From contig CDPCPM010000023.1 of assembly GCA_976551045.1 (NCBI GenBank), positions 2,666,001-2,730,000 of the forward strand: 64,000 bases of DNA, read 5' to 3'. Each line of letters opens with the position of its first letter. The stretch's first letter is position 1. The notes beneath the pieces were generated by a model. It had not been told where the DNA came from. It saw only the letters and a program-made list of their open reading frames with translations, and did not search any database. The DNA comes from Glaucostegus cemiculus. Lineage: Eukaryota. Shown piece after piece: positions 24,430 to 39,130 of this stretch. The translations under genes were made by a program, and so were the position numbers.

Positions 24430-26620
24430 ACCTAGTTGACTTTGAAAAGGCCTCTCAAGGAACATCATGGATTAATACCTAAATTTGGTGAGGTGATGAC
24501 CAGACTAGCTAACCAACAGCCTGACATAGTTTTGCTCACCAAACCATACCTTTCAGCCAATATTTCAGACCTCTCCACCACAATCCCTAGCCCAATAGCA
24601 GGGCAGACCCATAATTTGTGAAGGGACAGTGACAGACACTCAGAGTAAAAGTGGTGCTAGGAGTCATCACATTGACTCTAGAGCCCAAGAAGTAAAAGGT
24701 ATCAAAGTGGACAAAGCAAGCAAACGTCCTGCTGATTACACCAAATGTTCAGATGATAGAATCAACACTCACTCGTGTTGAACAACATGGAAGAAGCATT
24801 AATGTTAGCAAGGGGAATGAGAAGGTTTTAGGAGAAGCAATTCAACAACCACTATTGACGGGAGCTTGGTAGTCCCACCATTGACTGAGATGGCAGACAG
24901 CTGAAGGACAAAATTGTCAGACACTGCAACAGGTAAAAATGAAACATAACCTTATCCTCACCAATCTTCCTGCTGAATTACATCTGTCCATGTTCACACC
25001 AAAGACACTGTGTTGTGTGGTACGGCCATAGTGCTGACTGAGATTGATTCAGAATACATCCAGCAGTTGAAAACTGGCAATCATGAGGCATGATGGACCA
25101 TCATCAGCAGTAGGATGTAATTCAATACAATTGGTAACTTCTGGTGTGGCATATTATTCATTGTACCATTACCAGTATGTTGGGCCTTGCAGAAAGATTT
25201 GCCAGAATTATAAGATAAGATATTTCTTTATTAGTCACATGTACATCGAAACACACAGTGAAATGCATCTTTGCATAGAATGTTCTGGGAGAAAATGAGG
25301 TACAGTGCAGGACTATATATTCAATAAGCAGAAGAACTAGAATTCAACAAACAGAGCTATGCAACCTCACAGTCATACAGGTCAAATCAAAGCCACATCC
25401 AGTCAGGCAGATGATTAAATAGTTAATGGAGGAACAGGCATCTAGCTGATAGTGTGGAAACTTGCCCAGGCACGGTCTGCCCGTAAAAAAAAGGACAATA
25501 CCCTGAGCAGCAAACTGATCAAAAAACATGGACAAAATAAATGCATTTCAGAGGCAGGATAAGAGATACTACCCTGGACATCAAGGCAGCCTTTAATGAG
25601 TGTGACATCAAGGATCCCTGACAAAATTGAAGTCATTAGAGGAAAACATCTGTTGGCAAGTGTCATACCCAGAACAAAAGAAGATGATGCCATTGTTAAG
25701 GGTTAACCTTAAAGCAGGAAATCATTGTAAGAGTTCCTCAGGACATGGAATTATGTCCAATCATTCATGAGTACTTCATTATAGACCTCCCTCCATGGCA
25801 GAAGTGATAATGTTTGTTGATAATTGTCCATTTCTATTCACAGTACTTCAGATAATGAAGCAGCTTGTGAATGTAAGTAGCAAGTACCAGACAAGCACAG
25901 GCTGGTAAATGCCTAGTGACACATGCCATGTAAGTTGCAGACAATGACCATCTCCAACAAGGGGAAGTAACTCAGTGCATTATCATTGCCAAGTTCCCTG
26001 CAATCAATATCCTAGGAGCCGCTATTGATCATAAATTTAAAAAGACTAGTCACATAGATACTATGGCTATAAGAGCAGTTCAAAAGTTCAGCACTGCACC
26101 TACCTCCAGACATCCCAATGCCTGTCAATCAACAACAATGCACAAATCAGAAGTATGATGGAATACTCCCCACCTGTCTCGTTGAGTGCAGCTCCAACAA
26201 CACTCAAGAAGGCTGACACCATCAAGAACAAAGCAACCACCATGACTGACACTCAATCCATCACTTGTTCACTCTACCCACTATTGGCTCACTGTGGCTG
26301 CAAAACCCTCTTAAAACTGCAAAGTACACCATAGAAACTTAGAAAAGCTTATTTGACAGCTCCTTCCAAAACTGCAACCTCCACTACCTGGATGAACATG
26401 GGCAGCTGGCACATGGGAACGCCACTACTTGTAAGTTTCTCTCTAAATCTCACGCTATCTTGACTCAGAAACATGCCACTACTTTCTTCTTCAGTTTAAG
26501 TCTATGAATTAATTATCAAATAACATTATGGTAGGGACTCTTGACCTCAGGAGTTCAAGGTGGCAGGTCACCCCCACCTCTTTGGGGGTAAGTAGAATTG
26601 GCAATAAATATCGACCTTGC
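24430..26620 (+). mobile_element. Long degenerate CR1-like LINE (APE through RT to 3' end) with a short younger insertion near 25210-25290
   Basis: QQPDIVLLTKPYL (APE motif), LDIKAAFNECD (RT) and the same 3' region as 7760-8330. Confidence 0.7.
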
Positions 26621-29600
26621 ATTTATTGGTTGAGAAGACAGTCTCAGTTAAAATACTGGCTCAGATTCGTTGGGAAAATGCCACTAGCTCCCTATGTTTC
26701 TGTCAAAGTTCCCCCACATCAGCTTTGGTTTTTGTTTGAAATGGAAGACTTGAAGTTGCCACGAGCTGTTCAAAGTTTTTTTTCCACAAATGTGCTTTGA
26801 CACTTGATTCCTCCAGTGGGAGCACAAAGTCATGGCAATTCTCCATTAGAAAAGGAGGAGGACCTGTTCCATCAATCTATACCAGGTTCAATTTTGTGCT
26901 GGGACAACTTCTATGTTGAATCTGCTGCAAGGGTTAAAAGGTAACAAGTAGTATTTTAGATTTTACTAAAATTGTTTATTTAATTTTTTTTAGTATTTTT
27001 ATGAGTTTCAGTTTTTATTTTAAAATATCAATAACTTAAAGAAGCGTATATTACACTTATATTACAAACCATTCAAAATTTGTGACAGATTTGGTGGTGG
27101 GTTGATCAGGAGACCTGATTTAGCTAGCTGTCAACACTCTTCTGCGGGTGATTGTTGTAAATCCACCCGTCTGGTTGCCTAATGTAATAGGCCATGTTAA
27201 CAGGAAGGGTATCCAAAACTGAAGGAGCATCTCCATTTAAACTCCCACTGAAAGGACCAAGCATGGGTTAGCAGTGAGTGTGGTCAACTCATCACTTACT
27301 GCAAAGTCTAGGCTCCAATGTTGAGGTTTTCTCCCTTTATATGGAAAATATTGATACCTAGAAACTCAACCCATCTATCCATTTTAGGTTGTGCAAGTAA
27401 TCATTTCTGGATTGATAATGACCAAAAGGAAATTGAAATGGACAGTTACTGGTGCATTTCAGCTTTCCATAGGTGATGTTTGCCTAATGTGAGTTTAGTA
27501 GCTAATAATGTCAGAGGCCGCTCAGCACATGTGTCCTCCACCACCGGCAGAAATTGGAGCTTTTGGGGGAAACCTATGACCTTCATTGTCAACTCTCAAA
27601 GGAAGTAGGAGCACATCGCCTAGGGTTTCAAAATGAGACGGCAGTTAAAGGGTCCCTTTGAAATCACATAGCATTCTCAAGTCTCATTTTTCAATGACCA
27701 GTTTATGTAGATAATTCATAGGCACTCCCTTTCCTAACTGTAACGTTTTTAAATAAAAATATATTGTAAACTTCATGCAGTGACCACTGGTATCTTGGCA
27801 AGCCTACACTTCACAGTGACATGGGACAACATGTAACATGTAACTCGTTCTCAAGACAGTCCCAGGCCCACTGGGAAGCACTATGCCACCTCCTCCCATA
27901 CTTTTCCTCTCACCTCCATGGCAGCCTTTTCCATCACTGTGCTGTGGTTGCCATGGGGAAAGTCCTTTAAGTGATGACTCACTTCCTAATGAGGCAGCAA
28001 CTGTGAGCTCCACATGGAGATCCTGACAGCAAGCACATGCACCTGAATCTCCGTGTGCTAAATACCTTAGCTCTACTTGTAAATTTTTTTTTGGTTTAAT
28101 TTTGCAAAATTTTTAGGGAGATCAAAATTGTCATCAGCACTATCTGTAATACATGTAATACATGTAATGGAAGGCGTTATCTACTTGCAAGGCTTTGGAA
28201 AAGAGAGAGAGATAGGCTTCAGCATGGTCTTCAACATCTCAACTCCTCATATAGGCTTAAAGAGCTGCTCGGAGAGTGGAATCAGAGATAATTTGATCAA
28301 GGTCCATTAAATAATGTGGGCACTAGAGTATGTTGATGTGGAATAAATATTTCCATTAGATATTTTAAGCGGGACCAAAAAAGTATACAATAGCACTAGG
28401 TCAGATGGTAAGTGATTCTTTCCCAGAGAACAGTAAACTATTGAGACAGGTTGATGGTTTGGGTAATGACGACTGACTTCCTGTATTCTTTTGAGTATCA
28501 CCAGAATCTGCTTCCCTTTGGGGCACAAACTACCACATACAAATGACTGAAATGTTATTGTGGTCTTCAGAATTAGGATTAGCTTTGATTGTTTAAAGGA
28601 TTGTTATGAAATTTCCTCTCTGAATTGGCTTGTTTTTACTACTCCAGGAGATTGCATGGCTACAGGTGAGTATGATCTGTGTGTACTTTGTTTTATGAGA
28701 TAAGTGTAAATGACCTGTTGGTCTTTTATTGTCCAGCATGGTCATATATTCTTAGATATGATAATAGTGAAGGAGGAGAGTGAAAATTTGTTGTTTGACA
28801 ATCCAGTTACCGATTCCTCTGTATCTAAGTATTCTATTCCTTTCCTGGGAGCACTGATAAGTACTGGATATTTGAAATGGAGTTATTTCATTCTCAAATA
28901 GTGACAGGCCTTCGTCTGATCTCTAAAATCCACACAAAATCACAAGGAAATTAAATATTATCTTTTTCCAGTGCATTTTTCACTCAATTCCTATTGACTA
29001 AACTGTCCAGACTGCAGCAAGAATTGACTGCTAATCAGGAGCACATTGTGCATTAATGCAGCTGAGGAATCATCCTTCTACTTATGTTAGTTTCCACCTT
29101 AAAGATTGCCAATGCTAAATCTGATTCAACTGTTCTAGAGGCTTCTACGATGACAATGCCTAATTACAGTACAGTAGTAAATCTTTTTGAAAATCACTGG
29201 GATTTCAAACAAAAACCAACACGTTTGATGTTTGTTCAACAAGAAATCATACAATTGCTGCTACCCACTGTAAGTAAATATTATCACCACCCTTTCAAAG
29301 CTGCTCTGTATCTCTGTGATACAATTGGGACAGAGTATTAGGTCAGGTTTCATAGTCTATTCTTGTATTCCCTGAGTATAGTAGATAAGGTACAATCTAA
29401 CTGAGGCGATTCTTATGATTAGATTACTTGATAGGAAGTAAAAACAAATGATTCTCTCTCGTGGAGTATTTTCTGAAAAGGAGCATTAATGGGTACTCCA
29501 GAAGGCCATTCAGGGTGATGAATAAAAGCACCTCTTCACAGTGCAAATTTCACCCCTAAAAGCTAATGTCAATTGAGCCGAAGTTAATTAAGTAGCAGAA

Positions 29601-29639
29601 CAGGCGTACTCCTCTTCCTGTGATGCTATGAAATGGGTA

Positions 29640-31800
29640 CTGACCCAGCCAAGCCTGAGTCATTCTACTCGATGCCATTCACTAATACCTAACACACATC
29701 AATGGCAATAAATTGACTCCAAACACTGACAATAATAACCTAGTACTTCACACAATGACAATAAATCACCTGTACCTCAAAAAGTGACAGTCATATATTT
29801 ATACTATATGCACTCATAGTAATCCCTTTACACTTAACATAATGACTAATGCATCAACATCACTAACAGTAATAAGTTGTTATCTCATTCATTGATTGTA
29901 ATACATTGATATTTTATAAACATAATAATAGATTAGCACTTTGTACCCTTAACAATAAGGGACAGATCATATAATCAGAGACATTTCAAAGAACTAAAAT
30001 AGATTTAAATAATTTATGAAATAGATTAAAAAAGTAAAATCTAATACACTTCTTTTAAAACACATGTAATTGAAAAATTAATTCACAAGATTTGTCATAA
30101 TTAAAATAAAAATCACCCTTTCTAGCTAGATCAGTGATTCCATTCAAATGAATGGGATCATGTTACATATGCTGTCCTTGGTTGACGTAATACTAAGGGG
30201 GTCAGATACAAAGTGTATCTGACCTGTCAACTCAGCATTATTGAACTGTGCTCCCAGACTCAAGTTCTGAATCCAGAGATCAGAACTGCTGCCATCTGAC
30301 CTTCTGTGTAATTACTTGCTGCAAAGTGCAGATACAGAGGTCAGGAGTGAACTGACCCATGCAGTCAGTGCTGTCAGCTGGCAGTTGTCTCTGGAACCTT
30401 TGGCTAAAGAGGACCTTGATCTGGACTGTCATATTGACACTGAAACAGTAACAATAGTAAAATGACATGAAATAGTATCGATAATACAATGACACCTCTT
30501 ATGCTGCTACAATTTGTTGACACTCCACAGGTTGGTAATGATATATTGATATCTCTCAAACTGCTCATAATGAAATAACCCATCAGATAATGAGACCTCA
30601 AATGCAGACAGAAGTATTTTGACATTAAATGCTTTCACAGAAATGTAATGACAGCTCATTTGCTGATAGTAATAAATCAGCATCAATGGTGATATATTTG
30701 ACCTTACCTACTGAATTTACTATATCATTTAATATATTTACAGTGATACATTCAAATGTCTCACAAATGGACAGTTTTAATATTAGACTCTTACACATTG
30801 ACATAAAATACACTCATTTAAAGCTTACACACCAAAAGCAATATATTGATTCCTCTGAGATTGACAGTAATCTATTGACATCTTATGTAATGACATGGTC
30901 TGACATGTTATGCAAAGGTAATAATAAATTGATATCTCAAACACTGGCAGTAGTATCATGACAGGAGATAATCAGACAGTAAAATGTGGATGCCTCACAG
31001 AATGTAAATAATATGTTGACGCCTTGCAAACTTATAGCAAGATACTAGAAATACTGACAGTAAAATATTGACCCAATGCCCATTCTCAATAATAATAGAA
31101 CAATTTTAAAATGCTACCCCAATTAAGAGCAGTATGCAAGCTGAGAGTAATATGCCGATACCTCACACGCTGATAGTGATATATTCACATAACTTACATA
31201 ACAACATGCACTGTATCCTGACACACCAAACCTAACATATTGATACCCCCAATACTGATACATTAGGATGAGAGTAGTACACTATCATCTGACAAACTCT
31301 TGGTAAAATAATGACATGTCATAATCATGCAGTAAGAATACTGAAAGCTCATACAATATTGGTAATATAGAGACAGCTCAAACAATTGACATTGAATAGA
31401 TGGACATTCATGTATTGACACCCTAAGTACAGTAATAAATAGAATCCTTACACAATGGGAATATTAAACTTGGACTGAACAATATGTTCGCCCCTCATGC
31501 AATGACAACTACAAGCTGACACGTCACATATTGATTGCAATAAACTAACACCCCACACAACAAAAGTGACATCTCACAATAGAAGAGCAACATCTGCCTG
31601 TAATATATTTATATAACTTACAAGACTACTCCTCACAGTGACTTCAGACACTGAGGCCTTGTCTACGGATTTATAGCATATTGATAGGTCCAACTTTGAC
31701 AGTAATGAAGTGACACCTCAAAGACTGATAGTAGTAAACTGACATTATATTTACTGATGGTAAAACACAGATGTTTCACACACGAAGAAAATATGACCCA
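29640..31800 (+). repeat. Highly decayed tandem array, unit about 28-30 bp (roughly acactgacagtaataaattgacacctcac)
   Basis: Recurrent ctgacagtaa / ctgatagtaa / ttgacacctca variants across about 2 kb. Unit length estimated by eye. Confidence 0.6.
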
Positions 31801-31849
31801 TCACTTAGTCAATGAGCGTATGTGTCTGAAGTAATCTACATGGTTTAAT

Positions 31850-32075
31850 TTTATTTACAGTGTGGTAACAGGCCCTTTCGGCCTCCGAGTCCACGCCGCC
31901 CATTTAAACCCCCAAGCTCATCTACCCGTACGTCTTTCAGAATGTGGGAGGAAACTGGAGCACCCGGAGGAAACCCACGCAGACACGGGAGAACGTACAA
32001 ACTCCTTACAGACAGCGACGGGAATCGAACCCTGATCGCTGGCGTTGTAACAGCGTCGCGCTAACTGCTACGCTT
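31850..32075 (-). mobile_element. Young tRNA-derived V-SINE copy
   Basis: Minus strand has A box (AGCGTAGCAGTTAGCGCG), B box (GGTTCGATTCC) and V core GTGGGTTTCCTCCGGGTGCTCCAGTTTCCTCCCACA. CpGs retained. Confidence 0.85.
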
Positions 32076-33029
32076 TGTTGGTAAAGCTTTTGGCAAGGTT
32101 TAACTTCACAATTAGATCTGTTCAAGTCATGGCCCAAAAGATGCAAGGCAAGTTGGACCCAAAACTGACTCAGTAGCAAGAAGCAAAAGGTAAAGGTTGG
32201 CAGATGTTTTAGTGGGTTGGAGCACAGATTCACCTAAATGGAGGGGGCATAGTTAAAAAGTTCACAGATGTTGCAAAAATTTGCTCTGTGGCTGTTATTG
32301 AGGAATAAAGTTACAAACTGAGGATGATATCAATGGGCTGGCCGGTTTCTCAGTAAAGTTACTAACAAAAATCAATGCAAAGAAATGTAATTGGAGACGG
32401 CCAGCAAGGCAAATTTTCTGAGATTGTGACAGGTCAGCCAGTGAACTGACCATAACTAGGCAATTCGTGAGTGGATGCTGTGGTGCAGCCTTACACTCAG
32501 CAAAACACCAGCAATGGGACTTCTGTGCTGCTCTTTTGATCTCCTCATAAAATCCAGTGGGATAGTGTGTGCTTCCAGACACTGCCAGCCCACTGAACCC
32601 CCACCTAATTAACCAGGGACAAGTATAATCGGCATATTGAAATAAATGAAAGGAATTGGCTGTCATGAGAAAGATAAGTAAAGATTTCTATTCTATTTAA
32701 TTAACAGCTTGAATATTTTATTTGTGTTTAAGTATGTGTGTGTATGAACTATTTTCATTTATATGTTTTAAAATACTTTAAATTTTTTAAAAACATTATT
32801 TTTAAATTTTGACAGTAAATTGAATATTTTGTGAACGACAAATGCAATCACAGAACATTCAATTTAACCAGTGGCTTTGACAACCAGTGAGGCAGGACCT
32901 CTGCTGTCATCACCTCTTGCACTGGGGAAGACCCAACCCCGCTGTGCGCCAGCCGGAGCCTCGCTGATGCGCTCGGAGCCAGGCCCATGACGAAAGACTT
33001 CACGCAGAACTACACTTGAAGAAACAGCA

Positions 33030-33400
33030 TGGCTTGACCTGAAGCACTCATTTCTGCATTAAAAGGTTGTGGGTTCAAATCTTTGACAAAGAAACAGATG
33101 GACATTCCAGTGTAGCACAGAGAGAGCTATAGTGTCAGAGGTGTTGTTCATGGCATTAGATGGAAAACCCAGGCCCTGTCTGCCCTCTTAGTGGCTGTAA
33201 GAGATCCCAAGGACTGTACAAAATGAAAGCTGGGAAGTTATGTCCAATACCTTAACAAATATCAATTCTTCAATCAATATCATTAAAACAGATTAGCTAC
33301 AAGTTATCACAGCGCTGTGTGATGCTGCACTTCCTATACTCCGACAGATGCTAGAGTTCAGGAAGTACATTATTGCCTATAATGTGCTTTGTGATGTGAA
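33030..33400 (+). mobile_element. Deu-domain SINE (SacSINE1-like), diverged
   Basis: ggttgtgggttcaaatc B-box and aggccctgtctgccctc...gagatccca...aaaacagatta Deu core. Confidence 0.65.
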
Positions 33401-34289
33401 AAATGGTAGCTAAATATCAGTCTTTTTTTTAGCTGAGACTTAGAATGTAATAGGAGGGATATCATGTTAGAAATGTACAAAATATCAGTTAGACCAAACA
33501 GAACTTTGCATATAGGCTGGTGAACATCCCGCACAGAAATACTGGATGGCACAGTGGAGGTTGAATGTAGATTACATGAAGATTATAAAGGGTCTAAATA
33601 GACTGAATAGAGAGGTCCCTTGACTGAGATGTTAATAACTAGAGGCTGTATATTTAAGGTAATTGGTATCAGGATTAATGGAGAGTTGATGAGATTTTTT
33701 TCATCCAGAAGGTAACAGAGGTCTGGAACTCATTACTAAGTGTTGGTTAAGGCAGGAACTCTCATCAGGTTTAGAAGGTACCTGATGAGCTGTAATTCTC
33801 AAATTTACAAATCAAGAGCTGGGATTAAGATGGGTAACTATCCTTTGGCCAGCAGAGACAAGGTGGACCAAATGACCTCCTCACATGCCAGAGATTTATA
33901 ATATTCTGATATAGTGGAGCTTCATCCTCTGATGGTAATGATACATTGACAATAATACTTTGGCACCTCAAACAAAACATCAACATCTCAGGCACAGGCG
34001 GTAGTACAGAGATTCTTAGTGCCATAGTAGTGACAACATGATACTACATACGACCCGGCAATAAATGTGTGTGAAAATTGTAGGAATTTACAGGTTTTAA
34101 AAATGTTAAACACAATCACAATTACAAGCAATGAATATGTGTTTTAAACAAATTTCAAAATGTGCCAGCAGTGCTGAACGCATGCATGGGGATTGCATTT
34201 CATGAAGCTGCATGTGATGACTGGATTATAACTGGCAGCCCTGGTGCCTAATCTGTTTGCAATTGTCCACTATTCAATAGCAACAACAT

Positions 34290-35230
34290 GCTCATGTCAC
34301 ACCTCTAATAAAGTAATTATATTCAAGTCACTTCACAAGTGCTTACTGGGCAAGATTTGACACTGAATCACATAAGGATAGATGGCTAAAGCTTGGTCAA
34401 AATAGTTGGTTATAAACTGTAAGGGAAGCGAGAGAGATGGAGACGTTTAGATTGGCAATTCCAAAGATTAGCTCTTTGTGAGTTCAAGGTGTGGCTTCCA
34501 GTGGTGATTGGTTTAAAATCGGGGCGCTCACGGGCCCAAATGGAAGAGTCCAAATATCCCAGAGGGCTGGAGCAGACAGTGAATAAGGATGAAACTTTTA
34601 AAATTACCCATTGCTTAACCAAGAGCCAGAATAAGTCAGCAAGCACATGGCTAGCATGAGCTTACAGAGGGCAGGGTACCCAAGAAGTATCCTTATTGTG
34701 ATGTGAAAAATGGTAGATTACTATGGTGATAAAGGATGGGAGAGTTATAGGAGCAGCAGACAGGGTCAGATTCAAGCAAGGTTACAGGGGTGGAAATTAG
34801 CGTTCTTAGAAATGATAAAGTATATTGATTAGAGCTCCTCTCAGGGTCAAGCTCTTCTCATGTTCAAAGTAGAAATCCATATGATTTAGTCTTAAGACAG
34901 TTGTAAAAGACAGGGCTCTCTTCAATAGCTCCAGGGCTTGAACACAGGGGATTCAGTCTTTCTGAGTCTTAATTGGAGGTAATTTCTGCCTCTCCATTAC
35001 TCAGTCAGACAAGCAGTCTGACAAACTGGAGATGATTGGTGGGGGGAAGCGTGGCCATGAGGGTGGGTGTCATTGATAGAAATGTGGAAACTGATGCTAT
35101 GTTTTCAGATAATGTCACAGAGAGAAGCCTGTAGGTGAGATTTAGGAAGGATCCTAGGTTAGATCCTTAGGAAGCAGCATTAACAGTGCAGCAATGGGAA
35201 AGTAGCAGTGATCTCTGATCATGACCGATT
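34290..35230 (-). mobile_element. Old L2-clade LINE RT/3' fragment
   Basis: Antisense remnants resembling the GVPQGSxLGP and SFHxYADDTQ motifs near 35060-35180. Confidence 0.55.
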
Positions 35231-36829
35231 GTGTTTTGAGAACAGGCCACAGTCAACTTTGAAGAAAGTTTCTGCTGGAGACAAATTACTGTGAAGCAGT
35301 GTTGACCTCCTGATGCTTATTTTGGGAGCAAAGTTCTTAAACTACTAAGAAGCAACAAATGGAAACATAGTGGTTTGCAAACAAAAAACTGAACAATTAT
35401 TTTAGTTACATTTTCATTGTTCCACAGGAAAATATTGGCCAGTGAACAGAATCAGAAAATCCTTGGTCCAAGTTTCCTTTTTTTAAAATTAAGATGAATA
35501 CATATTGCCAGAAATATATTTGTTGCTACAGACATGGGCAGGGATTTTCCTTCAGTTTATGTTGAAGAAACTATTTAAATAAGTGGGTTATTAATGAGTT
35601 TAAGTGCGAGTTTTCTTGAACCCATGCATGTTTCCTTGAACACATGTGCGTGGGTTCAAGAAAAAATAGGTGATGAGCAGATAATGTTTGGAATTTTTGA
35701 GCATATTATTCATTTGCCCCTTAAAGAAGACAGTTAAAAAGTTCTGTAATTCACTTGAAAGCTCTTGGGACAACTGAGAATGTGATAATCCAAGTAATGA
35801 ATTAGTTGGAGTCTGTAAAACAGCAAATGCTGATCAATAGGAATAATTTAATTGAACAGCTGTGACCCAGGGCCTGTTTCTGTAACGAACCCTGAACTTC
35901 TGTTATTTATGAGTATTCTTACAATGAAAAATATTTAGTGACAGGGAAGTACCATTAGGCTCAATGACATGGTTGTTTTTTGTAGCGATCAAGCCCACAT
36001 GCTTGACTTTTTGTTACTTTCATTAATCCTTTCTTTCTACAGCAATGAAATCAATTATCTCAAGACCACAAATTAGATCTACTTGTCAATCATCTGTTCC
36101 ACAAACTCACCGCATTATGTAGTGACCATATTTCATAAGTATTTTATTGGCCACAAGGCATTGGAAACAATTGCTTCTTTGGTGAAATAATTCATGGTTC
36201 AGAAGGCTCTTGCTTTAAACATTATTTAAATTATGTAGAAATTATTAATGGCTGATAATGCAATTACCATTGGTTTGAAAATACAGGAGTTTGATTCTTA
36301 AATTCTGAGTTATGAGTACTGTACCTTGGGAAGATCCGTATCTGCCAGAGCTCTTAAAGGGATAGAGGTTTTTCTTCCCTTGCTGATTTGATTTGCATTT
36401 TAATGGTACATTTTTATTGTTCATTTTTGCTACTTATACAAAAGAACTGTGCTTTAAAATCCAAACATTATCTGTTACTTGATTTTAAAAAATCCAGTAA
36501 AATATAAAAGTACTGTAGACAGGACAGGAATTTGTGGAAAAACAAAAGCACATGCAAACTGAGCTCTTCTGATGTAAACATTCATATGAAAATTGGGAGC
36601 AACAAACTTTCCAAGAGGAAGTTATAAAATTCTAAGAAGTTAAATTTACGTATGCAAAGTTACTAACCTATTAACCTTGCAGATAAAATAGTGGAGGTGA
36701 AACCCTGGAATTATTTAAGAATCAATTGTACCCTGGAATGGGATGACATTGGATTGTTCTTGATGGACAAACTAAATCGAGCTGAATGACTTTCCTCATC
36801 CATAGTGTTCCTGTGATCAAAAATTAATA

Positions 36830-39130
36830 TAACACGATCTCCTTAGGTAGTCCTTGGGGCTGGTGATGACTTGTGTCCACTCTGCATTTGTGGGTTCTGA
36901 GGAGGCTGATGGGGCCAATGTGTGAAACACAGGTCTCCCACCAAAGGGGAACAAATACCTGATGGAGTGGGTGGCTGGGTAGTTTGTGAGGTGGTGGGCT
37001 GTTTCTGCCACTTACACAGAATTGTGTTCTCAACACACGGACAAGTTTTCCAATACCAATCCAAATACTCCTTCTATGCTTTGAATGGACATGGGTCAGA
37101 GATTGTCAGGAGTCAGTGGGCATGTATTTCTTCAAGGAGGCTTTGAGCACATTCTTAAATCTTTCCCTCTGACTGCCTGGAAATCTCTTCCCATGCAGAG
37201 CATGGAACAGTGTCTGTTTCAGGAGTCGTGTGTCAGGCATGAGAATGATATCACCTGACTAATTGAGCCGACTGTGTGTAACTAGGGCTGCATTGCTGAT
37301 GTTAATTTGCTCATCGTTCCAATGAATTTGGAAGATGTTATGGAGGCAGTATTGCTGGTATTCACTGGTGCTTTAGGGTGCCCACTGTGGGTAATCCATG
37401 TCTCAGAAGCTTATAGGAGAGCAGGAATCACTGCTGCCTGGAAGACCATGATTTTCTTGCCAAGTCTGAGGTCTTGAACTTCAAACGCCCTTTTCATTGA
37501 AGGACCAAAGGTTTTGCTGGTGTATTGGAGGCAGTGTTGAATTTCATCATCAACGTTGAATTCACCAAGGGGTGGCTCCCGAGATATTGGAAGTGGTTCA
37601 TGTTTTCCAGAGTCTCGCTATAAACCTTTATTGTCAGAAGGCAGTGTGGTGCAGAGGATGCAGATTGGGAGAGGAACTCTGTCTTGGGAATGTTGAACAT
37701 ATGGGCCATTCTCTTTTAAGATTCAGTGAAAATATTGACAATGGCTTGGTGCTTGTCCTCTGAGCATGCGCTGTCTGTATACTGCAGTCTGAGTAGGAGG
37801 GCAGGTGACTTTGGTTCTGGAGTACAGTCACTGTAGGTTAAACAAATTACCACTATTTCTAAAAGTTAGCTATACTCCAATGGGATGTTTGTTGAGGTGG
37901 ACAACAACATTGTGGCGAGAAAATTGAGAAAATGTTAGGATGATGATGCAACCTCGTTTGACACCAATTCTTACTGAGACCAACATCATTGTCAACTCAT
38001 TGGTTAGTATTATAGCTTGCATATTGTCATGGAGCAAATGTAAAATGGAGATTAATTTCTGTGGACATCTGAATTTGAGGAGGGTGTTCCATGTTCTGTC
38101 CTGATTGACTGTGTCAACATCTTCAGTGAGGCTGTAAGAGGTCACGTATGGTGGTTCTTGCTGCTCCCTGCATTTTTCTTGGAGTTGTCATACAATGTCC
38201 ACTGTGTCTTTTGAAGGATAGATTCCACACTGTGATTTGGGTAGCAGCTCTTTGTTCACTGACCTTCCCTGTGGCAGACAGCAGGGGTCCCCTCTAGAGA
38301 TACCAAAGCCACACGTGTGTCCTTGAAGGTGGTAACAAATCTCCTAAGCCCCGTTGTATATCCTCTTCTTCCCAGATATTGATGATAAAAACATGGAGTC
38401 CTGACAAACCCTTCATCACTGATGTTTAGGATTTCAGCAAGAATGCTGTCTACTCCTATCATCTTGTTATTTTTTATTTGGCCTTGTTTTTAATTTTTAT
38501 TTTTAATTGGCCTAGTTTAGACCTTGTTACTTTCCAGTGAGTGTTACTTCCTCTCTGTCCCTGATGAATACACCCCAGCTTTCAGTGGGGTGCCTTTGTT
38601 GTTGGTTTTCACAGCCCTGCAGAACCTGCCCATGTCATGCTTGTTGGTGAGTTGCTGAAACTCCTGTATTCTCTACTTGTCACGGGTTTTCTGCTGGACC
38701 TCTGCCTTTAGGTGCCAGTATAGCCTGTTTGAGGGAGATGGAGCTTCCAACCCAGGAATGCCTTATGTTTGCAGATAATGAGATCCTCAAACTCCTTGTA
38801 TATCTCATCAAACCAGTTCTGCATCTTCTTGGTAGAAAAGCAACCCAACGGGTCTACAACAGAGCCAATCTAATATGCCAGTTGTGATGGATTTCAGGGC
38901 AGTTCATTGGTTGGGGACACTTTGTGGCTCCTGATGGCTGAGAGCTGACAGATTGTCGGTGATGTGTTGTCTGAGCTGTACTACCTTTGTGAGGTCCTTG
39001 AGAGCTTTGACACTGATCTTCTTGTGGTAACGCTTCTGTTGATAGTGATATTTTAAGCTACATCATCAATAATAGAGCTGATGAGGTGGTGGACAGTCTA
39101 GGAGTTATTGGTACCTGTTATGGCATGTGC
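36830..39130 (-). mobile_element. Degenerate RTE-clade LINE ORF
   Basis: GVDSILAEIL, LLKFRCPQKLISILHLLHDNMQA, GVKRGCII, NIPKTEFL and TLENMNHFQYLGS are typical RTE RT motifs. Confidence 0.8.

Noticed and set aside
29640-31800. CRISPR-like repeat array
   Set aside because: Vertebrate intron, with degenerate units and no constant repeat plus unique spacer structure.
31990-32075. tRNA gene (A and B boxes on the minus strand; also 51650-51737)
   Set aside because: It is the tRNA-derived head of a SINE, continuous with the V core.
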